The translations under genes were made by a program, and so were the position numbers. This document shows positions 54,378-62,864 of a DNA stretch of 64,000 nt, piece after piece. Origin of the DNA: a virus (taxonomy: Duplodnaviria; Caudoviricetes); the IMG/VR virus record IMGVR_UViG_3300045002_000015, positions 1-64,000 of that record. One strand, 5' to 3'. Numbering within the stretch: the first letter of the stretch is position 1; every line of letters begins with the position of its first letter. The notes beneath the pieces are model-generated. The model saw only the letters and a list, made by a program, of their open reading frames with translations, was not told the origin of the DNA and made no database searches.

Positions 54378-54932
54378 ATGGGTCTATACTTCGCTTATGG
54401 CTCGAACCTGCATGTTGGCCAAATGCGTCTCCGGTGTCCGGCGGCGGTCCCGCTCGCCCGCTACCGGCTCCGCAATTGGCGGCTGGTATTCCGTGGTGTC
54501 GCCGATTGCATCGCGGAGGAAGGCGCGGTCTGCTATGGCGGCGTCTGGCGCATCACCCCGGCGTGCGAACGCGCGCTCGATATCTACGAAGGCGTCGAGT
54601 CGGGCCTGTACCGCAAGGAATATCTGCCGATCAAGCCAACGCCCGAGGGCGATACGGATATCCTTCTCTACGTCATGAACTCGACCGGGATCATGCCGCC
54701 GAGCCAGCACTATCTTGGCATCATCCGGCAAGGGTACCGCTACTTTTCCATGCCACCGCGCGCCCGCACCTTGCTCAACCAGGCAGTGCGCGAATCCTGG
54801 GATGACAAGGCGCCGTCCTATCGCGAACGGTGGCGCTATCGCAGAACCGGACGGCCACCACTCGCGGCCCGTCCCGCCGCGCCGGCCATGCCAGCGACCG
54901 GCCAACAAATCACGCTGGCGATCAAGGAGTAA
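54378..54932 (+). CDS. Gamma-glutamylcyclotransferase (AIG2-like)
   Basis: YFAYGSNL, QMRLRCP, VWRIT, LDIYEG, YRKE. Confidence 0.9.
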   Translation: MGLYFAYGSNLHVGQMRLRCPAAVPLARYRLRNWRLVFRGVADCIAEEGAVCYGGVWRITPACERALDIYEGVESGLYRKEYLPIKPTPEGDTDILLYVMNSTGIMPPSQHYLGIIRQGYRYFSMPPRARTLLNQAVRESWDDKAPSYRERWRYRRTGRPPLAARPAAPAMPATGQQITLAIKE

Positions 54933-54938
54933 CCAACC

Positions 54939-55181
54939 ATGCGCTTTATTCGTCTGCACAAGATCGTCTCCGACCGCACCGCCGACTTCTACAGCAACAA
55001 CGAGGAGGGCGAAGGCGGAGCCGCCGTGCTCTCGACGCCGGTCTCGATCAACGTCGAAAGCATCCGCTGCTTCTATCCGCGCAAGGAAAACCGTCCGGGC
55101 ACGAGGATCACGTACACTGATGGCGGCGGCTTCGCCGTGACCGAGACCTACGACGAGGTCGCGCGCGCGGTAGAGGGCTGA
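54939..55181 (+). CDS. Small FlbD/SwrD-like beta-rich protein
   Basis: VSINVESI..TRITYTDG..FAVTETYDEV; RBS AAGGAG. Confidence 0.5.
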   Translation: MRFIRLHKIVSDRTADFYSNNEEGEGGAAVLSTPVSINVESIRCFYPRKENRPGTRITYTDGGGFAVTETYDEVARAVEG

Positions 55182-55189
55182 GCGAAAGC

Positions 55190-55269
55190 CGGGCCGCGCG
55201 CAGAGAAAGGGTCCATCCAGGACGGCGAAGTCGGTGGATCGGTCCGCCCCTCGAAGCGCGCGCGGCCCG
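55190..55269. other. Nested inverted-repeat structure after the amidoligase cassette
   Basis: CGGGCCGCGCGC 55190-55201 / GCGCGCGGCCCG 55258-55269 enclosing ATCCA..TGGAT and GAC..GTC. Confidence 0.55.
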
Positions 55270-55443
55270 CGCCGATCTTAATCGGACCGCACCCGCCTTT
55301 CCAAGTGCCAATTGATCCTCGCCGCCGATTTTGCCCCGTCTTAAATCGCCGAAATTTTGTGGACTAAATCACCGCACCGCCCTTCCCTCCGTCCGTATTA
55401 TATCCTAGGACCGTAATCCTGGACGAAAGGACGGCGAAACATC

Positions 55444-56286
55444 ATGACAACCCGCACCTGGGTCGGCGGCAGCGCCGGCAACGACGGCATGAACGCGGCC
55501 AACTGGTCGCCCGCCGGCGCCCCGCAGCACGGCGATACCCTGAACATGGTCACCGGCACGCTGGCGCTGAAAGGCAGCAACCTGGCCGGCGATCCTTTGC
55601 ACCTCACGACCGACGTCGGCACCGGCCCGATCACCCTCGATCTCAATGGCGACCGCGCGGCGCTGGAAGCCACCGGCTCGGCGAATTTCGGCGATGAACT
55701 GACCATCAACGTCGCCGGCCACGACAGCCTCAAGGCAGACGATCTCGCGCCGATCAACGGCGTGGTGAATATCGCCGCCAATTCGGTGCTGACCACCACC
55801 GGCGATATGCATTTCATCTATACCGGCGCGATCAATGGCCCCGGTACGCTGACCAACAATGGCACGATCGCCATGGCGGACGGCTCGATCTCGGCCAACG
55901 TCAATGGCCGTGGCACGCTCAACCTGCACCGCTACCATGACGGCACCGGCGGTGTGACCATCAGCGGCGGTATCTCCTCAGGCCAGACCGTGCAGCTTCA
56001 GCAGGACGCCACGTTCGACACGCTGACCACACTGGTGCATCCGGGCACCTTCCATGGCGCGCTCGATATCCTGCCGCCGGCCGGCGCGTTCTCGCAGGCC
56101 GACTCCCGCGTCATGCTCGACGGCGTGCATGCGACGGCGGCGCAGCAGCATGGCGACAGCCTCGTGCTGCTCGGCGCCGGGCGCCCGGTCTATGCGCTGA
56201 CCGTGCATAACCCGGGCGCCGTGAGCCTCAGCGATACCAGCGCCGGAACCATGGTGACCTTCAGCGCGCACGGTACCATGGCCTAG
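55444..56286 (+). CDS. G/T/N-rich beta-helix (autotransporter-passenger-like) protein without signal peptide or barrel
   Basis: TWVGG..NAANWSPAGAPQHGD, repeated GTLTNNGTI-type strands. Confidence 0.7.
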   Translation: MTTRTWVGGSAGNDGMNAANWSPAGAPQHGDTLNMVTGTLALKGSNLAGDPLHLTTDVGTGPITLDLNGDRAALEATGSANFGDELTINVAGHDSLKADDLAPINGVVNIAANSVLTTTGDMHFIYTGAINGPGTLTNNGTIAMADGSISANVNGRGTLNLHRYHDGTGGVTISGGISSGQTVQLQQDATFDTLTTLVHPGTFHGALDILPPAGAFSQADSRVMLDGVHATAAQQHGDSLVLLGAGRPVYALTVHNPGAVSLSDTSAGTMVTFSAHGTMA

Positions 56287-56531
56287 CGTTCCTGCGGCGG
56301 CCCTTTGCGTGTGACGACGATCTCGATCTCGGAATTCGTAAAGGCCGCCCACGGTATCCAGATCGGCAGATGCCGATCGGCGAATGCCTGCACGGCCATA
56401 TGCAGCAACAGCCGGTTCAGGAATTGGTAGGTGGCAATCTGCCGACGCAGCCGCCGAAGCTGATAAAGATTTACGCCGATCGCCGCAAAGGCGAAGAGAA
56501 TACCGGCCCATTGGAGGATCGCGAACCACAT
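56283..56531 (-). CDS. Small membrane protein
   Basis: N-terminal TM; co-oriented with relaxase. Confidence 0.5.
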   Translation of the reverse strand: MWFAILQWAGILFAFAAIGVNLYQLRRLRRQIATYQFLNRLLLHMAVQAFADRHLPIWIPWAAFTNSEIEIVVTRKGPPQER

Positions 56532-56540
56532 TGGCCGGTT

Positions 56541-56765
56541 CTACCGCCAGCCAGGGTCGCCGATGTAGCGTTTTTCGAACGCGATGCGGTCGCCGTCGAC
56601 CACGGCATGGTAGTAAGCCGCCCCGGCCGCCACCACGACCTCGCGGACCCGCCCCGGCAACACATGCGGGCGGACCCGCCGGTACAGCCGCCGCTTATCG
56701 TCATGCACGACCCAGCCATTGCCCTTGGGCAGCGGATGCACCGCAACGACTGCGGCGCGTCTCAC
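56541..56765 (-). CDS. Small hypothetical protein
   Basis: Start overlaps relaxase stop. Confidence 0.45.
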   Translation of the reverse strand: MRRAAVVAVHPLPKGNGWVVHDDKRRLYRRVRPHVLPGRVREVVVAAGAAYYHAVVDGDRIAFEKRYIGDPGWR

Positions 56766-59700
56766 CGCCCGATCCCCCGCGACCGGTCCGCCCGCCGCTG
56801 CCGCCGGCTCGGCGCGGCGGCGCGCGGCGTGCGCTCCGGCGCGCGATCGCGCTCAATCGCCGCGGTCACCGCAGCGGTCGCCTGCCGGCGGACCACTTCG
56901 TGATCCACCGTGCGGCCTTCGGCATCCGCGCGCTCGATCCGGCTCCTGAACTCGAGTTCGATCACATCCGCCAGCATACCATCGTAGCCCTTCCCATCCG
57001 CGATCTGGCGCGCCCAGGCCGCCGCCTGCGGATCAAGTTGCGGCGCCGACTCCCGCGTCATCGGCCGCTCCGCCGCGGCGTGGTCGTGGCGCTCGATCGC
57101 CGCCACCACCGCATCCGTCGCCCGTTCCCAGAGCGCATCGTGATCCGCTGTGCGGCCCGCCGCCCGCTCGGCTTCCAGCCGGCTGCGGAATTCGAGCTGC
57201 ACCACATCGGCGAACATGCCTTCGTAGCCTTTGCCTTCGGCGATCTGGCGCGTCCACACCGCCACGCGAGGATCGATACGCGGCGCCTCCGGGCCGTCCC
57301 TAGCGGCCTCTGGAACAGCCGGGGTATGGGAAGGCGCCCCATGCCCACGCGGCCGCTGTGGCGCCCCTGGCGCCCGCGCGGCGCGGTCCCAGATCGCGCG
57401 CTTGGCCGCCACCGTCCCGCGCTTGACCACTTCGGCCATCCGCGTGAAGTCGGTCGCAAGCTGCTTCAGTTCCTGCCGCGCCAGATTGCGCGCCATATTG
57501 GTCACGATGAATTCCTGCACCGCCGCCCGCCGGGTGATCTGGTTGCGGGGATCGCCGATCGGCCGGCGCTCCTTGATCTCCTCGAGTTCCGCCCCCTGGC
57601 TGGTGATGATCCAGAACCGCCGCCGATGCCGCGATGCCGCAACATAGCCTTTCAGCCCGTTGACCGTCCGCGAGCCGTGCGGGTAGAGCGCCAGCGCCTC
57701 GGTCACGGTGTCGCCCTGGCGGCTGTCAATGGTCATGGCGTCGCCATAGGTCAACCTGATCCGCTCGCCGGTCTCGGGAAACCTGAACTGGTCCCACGGC
57801 ACCGAGGCAACCCGCCCCTTGGCCGTCCGCACCGTCAATCCATCGTCTCGGATCGCCGCCACCTCCACCACGCTGCCATTGTCGCCGATCCGGCCGATAT
57901 TGCCCCGCCCGAACCTGCCATAGCCGCGGTTGAACAGTCGCACCCGGTCACCCACCGCGATCGGCAGCCGGTATTCGGTGCCATGCTGATCAACGGCATC
58001 GAGGACCTTGGCATCGCCGCCGATCTCGCCCCGCGACTGGCGGCGCTCCCGGATCGCCGCACCGATCGCCAGCACATCGGCGTTCGTCGGCACGCTGATC
58101 CCGAACCGGTAGCCCGGCTCGGCGGCATGCGCGCGCGTCCGCTCGTCCCAAAGCTCGACGGCGCGCTGGATCGCATCCCTATGGTCGCCCGGCACCAGCA
58201 GAAGCGTCCCGTCAGCCGCCTTGTGCCGCAGCGCCTCAGCGATCGTCGCCTCGTCACCGGAGTGGAACTTGGCGACAAGCTCTGCCTCCTCGCGCCGCTG
58301 CCGGACGGTCTGCAACAGCGTCGGCAGCTTGCCGAGCACCACTTCGGCCAGCCGCAGTGAATTGCCCGCCTGAATCGGATTGCCCTGAAGTTCATGGCCG
58401 ATACCCACCAGCTTGAAGCCATGCGCATCGCGCAGCTTGGCCAGATCATTCATCATGGCTGTGCCGACCTGGGATAGCTCGTCGGCGATGACCACGGTGT
58501 TCTCGCCCACCGCGATCCTGCCGCGCGCGACGCCATAGGTGAACGCGGCAATCGCCTGCGAACGCTTGACGCCCGAGTCCTTGCCGGCATGCGCCTGCCG
58601 CCAGGGCACTGTCAGGTAAACGGTATCAAGCCCGCGCGCGTGCCACGCTTCCACAAGTGGGGTCAACACGGTCGTCTTGCCTACTCCAGCAGCGCCACGG
58701 CCGACCACGACGCCGCCCGCCTCGCCCAGCGCATGCGCCAGCCCGGCCTGCTCCGCCGTCAGCCTGATACCACTTTCGCGCGCGACTTTCTCGATCGCCT
58801 CGTCGATCTCCCGCGGTGTCAGCGCATGGCGCCTGTCGGTCGCGCCCTTTTTCAGCAAGGCCACGGTCTCCTGCTCCATCCGCAGGTGCTTTTCCGTGGT
58901 GAACCGCTGCCACAGGCTTTCGCCGTCGCGGCCCTCGCCGGGCGGCGCCGGCACCTTGCCCCACAACAGCGCAGTCCGCTCGCCATCCTGGGCAACGCCT
59001 TCGGTGCGGTACGCCTTGGTGAGCGCGGCAATATCGCGCCCCGGATCGTCGCTGATCCCGGCCTCGATCAGCCCTTCCGCAGCCGCGATGCGTGCCACCT
59101 CACCGCCGAAGACCGCGCGCCGGTCCAGTTCCGCCGCGAGTTGCGGCAGTGACCGCTCGAACGCCGCCCGCAAGCGCTCGCGCTGCCGCGCCAAGAACCG
59201 CTCCCGGCCGGGCCGTAGCACGCTGCGGTGGCGGTAACCCGCCGCCTCGGCCTGCCGGTTCCAGGCGTCGAATTGCGGCTGTTTGTCTTCCGAATGCTTC
59301 TCACGGGCGGCCGCAACAGACCGGTCAACCAGCCTGACCCGCTCCTCGACCGACAGCGTGTCCCAATCCAATCCTTGCTCGCGGGCAAAACCACGTGCCG
59401 CCTCATTGCCGTCCACCGTGCGCTTGCTGAACAACTCGACCGCCCAGCGCGGGATATCGCGCACCGCCGCCATCCGGGTCCGGTCCTCAAGGCCCGCATC
59501 AACGCCGTGCTCGCGCAGCCGACGCGCGAGAAACCCTTGATAAACCTTGCCGATCTCCTTGATCTGGCCATTCAGCCGCTTGCTGTCGATCGCGCCGACA
59601 TGCCCGCTCTCGGTCATGACCACGTTCGGCGTGATGCAGTGCGTGTGCAGGTGCATATCGCCGATCTGGCCCACCGCCTTCAGGATCGTGTTGTCCCGGT

Positions 59701-60250
59701 CGGCGATCTTGGCGACTGGACGGGCGGTATATTCCTCGAACTTCCACCACATCATGTGGCCTTGTTCGGCGCCTTTGCTGCCGCCGCGCCCGCGCCGCGC
59801 CCAGCCCGTGGTTTGTTCGAGGTAGGCCATGCTGCGGTCGACGGCGTAGCGGTGCGCTTCGAGGAAAATCCCCCGCTCGCGCTCGGTGGGCGCAAACGCC
59901 CAGGCGATCGAGACCGACTTCGGCGCATTCAGCGTGAAATCGTAATAAGTGATCTTCCCCTTCGCTTCGCTCGCCCGCTGGTATTGCTTGCCCTCGATGC
60001 GATCGCCATCGGCGCGCAGACCGCGCACCACGTTGGCCAACTCGCCCTGGGTAATTGGCCGCGCGGTATCGACGCCGAGCCGTTCGGCCAGCGGTGCGTA
60101 CGCCCCGTCGCGCGCCGTCCCTTGCACGGCCTTGCCGTAATAACCGGCCACCAGGTCGGCGACGGATGGCTCCTGCATGGCGACATAATATTTCGCGATC
60201 TCGCCAGCGGCGAAGCTCGTCGTGGCGACGCCATCGCGGAAGGTCAGCAC
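56762..60250 (-). CDS. trwC: MOB_F relaxase-helicase (TrwC/TraA-like)
   Basis: VLTFR start, KYY/GYY tyrosines, YDFTLNAPKSVS, DMHLHTHCITPN, GAAGVGKTT, IADELSQ, TVRQR, YGDAMTIDSRQGDTV; GTG 60250 after GAGG. Confidence 0.93.
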   Translation of the reverse strand: MLTFRDGVATTSFAAGEIAKYYVAMQEPSVADLVAGYYGKAVQGTARDGAYAPLAERLGVDTARPITQGELANVVRGLRADGDRIEGKQYQRASEAKGKITYYDFTLNAPKSVSIAWAFAPTERERGIFLEAHRYAVDRSMAYLEQTTGWARRGRGGSKGAEQGHMMWWKFEEYTARPVAKIADRDNTILKAVGQIGDMHLHTHCITPNVVMTESGHVGAIDSKRLNGQIKEIGKVYQGFLARRLREHGVDAGLEDRTRMAAVRDIPRWAVELFSKRTVDGNEAARGFAREQGLDWDTLSVEERVRLVDRSVAAAREKHSEDKQPQFDAWNRQAEAAGYRHRSVLRPGRERFLARQRERLRAAFERSLPQLAAELDRRAVFGGEVARIAAAEGLIEAGISDDPGRDIAALTKAYRTEGVAQDGERTALLWGKVPAPPGEGRDGESLWQRFTTEKHLRMEQETVALLKKGATDRRHALTPREIDEAIEKVARESGIRLTAEQAGLAHALGEAGGVVVGRGAAGVGKTTVLTPLVEAWHARGLDTVYLTVPWRQAHAGKDSGVKRSQAIAAFTYGVARGRIAVGENTVVIADELSQVGTAMMNDLAKLRDAHGFKLVGIGHELQGNPIQAGNSLRLAEVVLGKLPTLLQTVRQRREEAELVAKFHSGDEATIAEALRHKAADGTLLLVPGDHRDAIQRAVELWDERTRAHAAEPGYRFGISVPTNADVLAIGAAIRERRQSRGEIGGDAKVLDAVDQHGTEYRLPIAVGDRVRLFNRGYGRFGRGNIGRIGDNGSVVEVAAIRDDGLTVRTAKGRVASVPWDQFRFPETGERIRLTYGDAMTIDSRQGDTVTEALALYPHGSRTVNGLKGYVAASRHRRRFWIITSQGAELEEIKERRPIGDPRNQITRRAAVQEFIVTNMARNLARQELKQLATDFTRMAEVVKRGTVAAKRAIWDRAARAPGAPQRPRGHGAPSHTPAVPEAARDGPEAPRIDPRVAVWTRQIAEGKGYEGMFADVVQLEFRSRLEAERAAGRTADHDALWERATDAVVAAIERHDHAAAERPMTRESAPQLDPQAAAWARQIADGKGYDGMLADVIELEFRSRIERADAEGRTVDHEVVRRQATAAVTAAIERDRAPERTPRAAAPSRRQRRADRSRGIGR
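56846..57274 (-). repeat. Tandem duplicated ~64-aa domain in relaxase C-terminus (period 240 nt)
   Basis: DPRVAVWTRQIAEGKGYEGMFADVVQLEFRSR..AIERHD and DPQAAAWARQIADGKGYDGMLADVIELEFRSR..AIERD. Confidence 0.9.
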
Positions 60251-60324
60251 CGCTGCGCCTCGATGCCGGCCTCGGCGGGGTCCATTTCCGTACCCTAAAG
60301 CCCAGCGCGCGGCTTTTGCAACAG

Positions 60325-60350
60325 GCACCGTATGGTGCAATGGTCTGATT
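60325..60350 (+). promoter_or_regulatory. Candidate oriT / nic site (MOB_F, R388-like)
   Basis: GCACC-GTAT-GGTGC-AATGGTCT|GAT resembles recalled R388 GCACC-GAAA-GGTGC-GTATTGTCT|ATAG; in gap upstream of relaxase. Confidence 0.65.
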
Positions 60351-60458
60351 TTGTGACCGCCGCCTGGAACCGGCAAAATATCCGGGTTCACGGCACGCGG
60401 TGCGCAACCGAAGAACGCGGCTTGTGCAACCACGATTGCGTCTGATAGGATGTAACCA

Positions 60459-60881
60459 ATGGCGATAACCGACGCACTGGACCGGGCTTTGGCCCGGGCG
60501 CGGCGACGAGGCCGGGGACAGCGGGCGCGCTCGCCGCTGTTTCTGGCGATGATCGAGCGTGCGGCTCAGGTGACCGAGGCGCGGAAGGACGTGACCTGGC
60601 GCGGCCTGGCGGAGGAGCTGGCCGCCGAAGGGATCACCGGCCCGGGCGGGCGGGTGTACTCAGGCGCGGCCGTGAAGGGGGCGTTCTACCGCGCGCGGCA
60701 GGCGTTGGCTGCTGCGGGCGGGACGGTGGTGTTCGGCGCGGCGCCGAAGATTCGCAGGAAGCCAAGCCGCAAGGGGCGGGTCCGTGCGCGATCGGCGCCC
60801 GCTCTGCCGCAGGCCGATCAACCGGCGGCGATCGAGGAGAAGCCGCGGGTCCGCGACTGGCGCGATCTGATGCAGGAGTGA
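60459..60881 (+). CDS. Putative DNA-binding mobilisation/stability protein (StbA-like position)
   Basis: VTWRGLAEELAAEGI helix-turn-helix-like; divergent from relaxase. Confidence 0.6.
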   Translation: MAITDALDRALARARRRGRGQRARSPLFLAMIERAAQVTEARKDVTWRGLAEELAAEGITGPGGRVYSGAAVKGAFYRARQALAAAGGTVVFGAAPKIRRKPSRKGRVRARSAPALPQADQPAAIEEKPRVRDWRDLMQE

Positions 60882-60896
60882 GGGGAGGAAGGGGAT

Positions 60897-61673
60897 TTGG
60901 ACACACAGGTGACTGGCGCGCCGGTGGAGACGCGCCCGGTGCTGTTGGCCGCGTCCGGCCGTGGCCGGGTCGGCAAGACCGAGATGCTGGCCGTGGTGGC
61001 GCAACTCCTGGCCGAGGACGCGGGGTTCGAGGTCGAGGTCTGGGACTGCGACCCGGCGCGCGAGGTCGGCTCGCTGAGCGGACGCTTCAAGGGCGCCAAG
61101 CGCCCGCGCTCGGGCGACCTGGAGGATCGGCGGATTTTCCTGGAGGAGCACGGTCGCCGGTTGATGGAGGCGGCCGTGGACGGGCGCCCGTTCCATGCCG
61201 TGCTGGATGTGGGCGGTGAGGACCTGCTGTTGCCGCTGATGGATGCCGAGGTGGGCTTCGGCGAGTTCCTGTCGCGCGCCGGGGTATCATTCGTGGTCGC
61301 GCATGTGGTCGGCACCGACGATGCCGATCTGGACTACCTGCGCCGGGTCGAGAAGCTGGGCCTGATCCGCGCGACGCGCGGGGCGATCGTGCGGAACGAG
61401 GGGATGCTGCGGACGACGGAGCGGCGCGACGCGGCCTTCCAGCGGGTCAATGACGATCCGGTGGTGCGGGCGTTCACCAGCAAGGCGCGTGGCGGGCGGT
61501 TGCTGTCGATGCCGGCACTGGCGCCGGACGTGATGCAGGACGTCAAGGCGTCGGGCCAGACGTTCCGCGAGTATGCCACCGATCCCAAACGGTGCTGGGA
61601 CTTCCGCGCGGTCCGGGTGGCGCACTGGCTGGCCGGCTGCGAGGAGATGCGCCGGGCGATGCTGGGGCCATGA
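60897..61673 (+). CDS. ParA/StbB-like P-loop NTPase
   Basis: ASGRGRVGKT, WDCDP, VLDVGGED. Confidence 0.75.
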   Translation: MDTQVTGAPVETRPVLLAASGRGRVGKTEMLAVVAQLLAEDAGFEVEVWDCDPAREVGSLSGRFKGAKRPRSGDLEDRRIFLEEHGRRLMEAAVDGRPFHAVLDVGGEDLLLPLMDAEVGFGEFLSRAGVSFVVAHVVGTDDADLDYLRRVEKLGLIRATRGAIVRNEGMLRTTERRDAAFQRVNDDPVVRAFTSKARGGRLLSMPALAPDVMQDVKASGQTFREYATDPKRCWDFRAVRVAHWLAGCEEMRRAMLGP

Positions 61674-62092
61674 CGGAGAAGGTCGTCCGCCTGGCTCCGC
61701 CACCGACGGGTGCCGAGGACCGGGCGCGGAGCGTATTGGCGGAGTGTGGCCTGCGGCCCGGTGATCCGCCATTCGAGGCGTATATGGCGACGGCGCGGTC
61801 GATTGATGCGGCGGCGCGGCTGGGGGATCGCATCGAGGCGCTTGCGGCGCGGCTGGAGAAGGCGGGTACGCCGTTTGATCCGCGCGCCTATGAGATCATG
61901 CGGGCGACGCTGCGCCGCGCCGTGGGGGCCTTGGGCTGGCGCCGTGTGGCGGCTGCGTTTGCGGTGGGTCTGGTTGCTGGCGGGATCAGCGCCGGCATGG
62001 CGGTTTATTGGTGGCGTGATGTGCAATTGTGGCGGCATTGCCAGAGCGTGTATGCACTGTCGGCCTGCGCCGAGATTGCCGGCCGGCTTTGA
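61670..62092 (+). CDS. Membrane-anchored mobilisation accessory protein
   Basis: ATGA overlap; C-terminal TM. Confidence 0.6.
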   Translation: MTEKVVRLAPPPTGAEDRARSVLAECGLRPGDPPFEAYMATARSIDAAARLGDRIEALAARLEKAGTPFDPRAYEIMRATLRRAVGALGWRRVAAAFAVGLVAGGISAGMAVYWWRDVQLWRHCQSVYALSACAEIAGRL

Positions 62093-62116
62093 CCTTGACG
62101 TTCCGAGGAGGAGTAG

Positions 62117-62281
62117 ATGACGGTTAATATTCCAGACGATCTCAGGAGTGCCGTGCATTTAGACGAGCCTGTCCCAGGCGGCACTGCATGGATCAGAAAA
62201 TACCAGGACGGGAAGGCAAGCGAGCCAACGCCTCCTTTCATTACGGTTGCAATCCTCGCGAATACGTCCATCGCAAGATAG
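62117..62281 (+). CDS. Small hypothetical protein (54 aa)
   Basis: RBS GAGGAGGAG before ATG 62117. Confidence 0.35.
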   Translation: MTVNIPDDLRSAVHLDEPVPGGTAWIRKYQDGKASEPTPPFITVAILANTSIAR

Positions 62282-62338
62282 CACGATGTAGAGCCTCCGC
62301 CGCGTCTATTGTCGAGCTGACTACAACCAGCCACTCGG

Positions 62339-62587
62339 TCACGGTCCATTTGGAGGTGACGGCAGAGCCATCCAATGTGTTAGTTTCCAGTCGCAGTCTG
62401 AAAGACCTCCATGCTCGCTATTTCCTGACCATGCCGGCCCCGTTCCCTCCACCCAACAGAAGCGGCCGTTGAAGAACCCCACGGTTGCCACGCACTCTCC
62501 ATCGGTGGCTATAAGGACCGATCCATCTTTCGGGGCCGTCCCGATTGGCTGCCACCGGGGTTCGTCTGTCATAGACCATTCTCCCAA
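62339..62587 (-). CDS. DUF551-like phage protein
   Basis: WQPIGTAPKDG...THWMALPSPP. Confidence 0.8.
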   Translation of the reverse strand: MGEWSMTDEPRWQPIGTAPKDGSVLIATDGECVATVGFFNGRFCWVEGTGPAWSGNSEHGGLSDCDWKLTHWMALPSPPNGP

Positions 62588-62678
62588 CTCAAGCCTTCTC
62601 CTCGCTCCAACGCTTCGCGCGCCCTTGTGGCGAACCAGGTCCGGTCAGGGTTGTCATTGTCATTGGTGGTTTTGTCGC

Positions 62679-62864
62679 TCATAGCGGCAGTCTCCGTCCA
62701 TACAGCGCGCGCAAGAATTGGGACGCTGTCCTGCGCACCATTGCGTTGTCGTCCGCATCCTTGGGCTGGCCCATGATGCGCAGCAGCTCACGAACATAGC
62801 ATTCGGCATGCCTCAATAACTCATCGTGGCCTGCAATAGCGGTCGTCTGGTTCTGATCAGCCAT
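62679..62864 (-). CDS. Small phage protein
   Basis: Coupled ORF in array; MADQNQTT. Confidence 0.5.
   Translation of the reverse strand: MADQNQTTAIAGHDELLRHAECYVRELLRIMGQPKDADDNAMVRRTASQFLRALYGRRLPL

Larger units (their letters stand above)
37627..62092. mobile_element. Conjugative module: MPF_T T4SS, VirD4 coupling protein, MOB_F relaxase, oriT, leading operon
   Basis: VirB1-B11 in canonical order, VirD4, TrwC-like relaxase-helicase, R388-like nic region. Confidence 0.9.

Noticed and set aside
56384-58360. Long antisense ORFs (also 10855..12405, 12741..13967, 39826..41745, 46386..47549, 48406..49914)
   Set aside because: Shadow frames of well-supported genes in high-GC DNA; R/A/P-rich, no motifs
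60251-60433. 61-codon upstream extension of relaxase
   Set aside because: MOB_F relaxases start at the xLT/SF-like motif; the extension covers the oriT region
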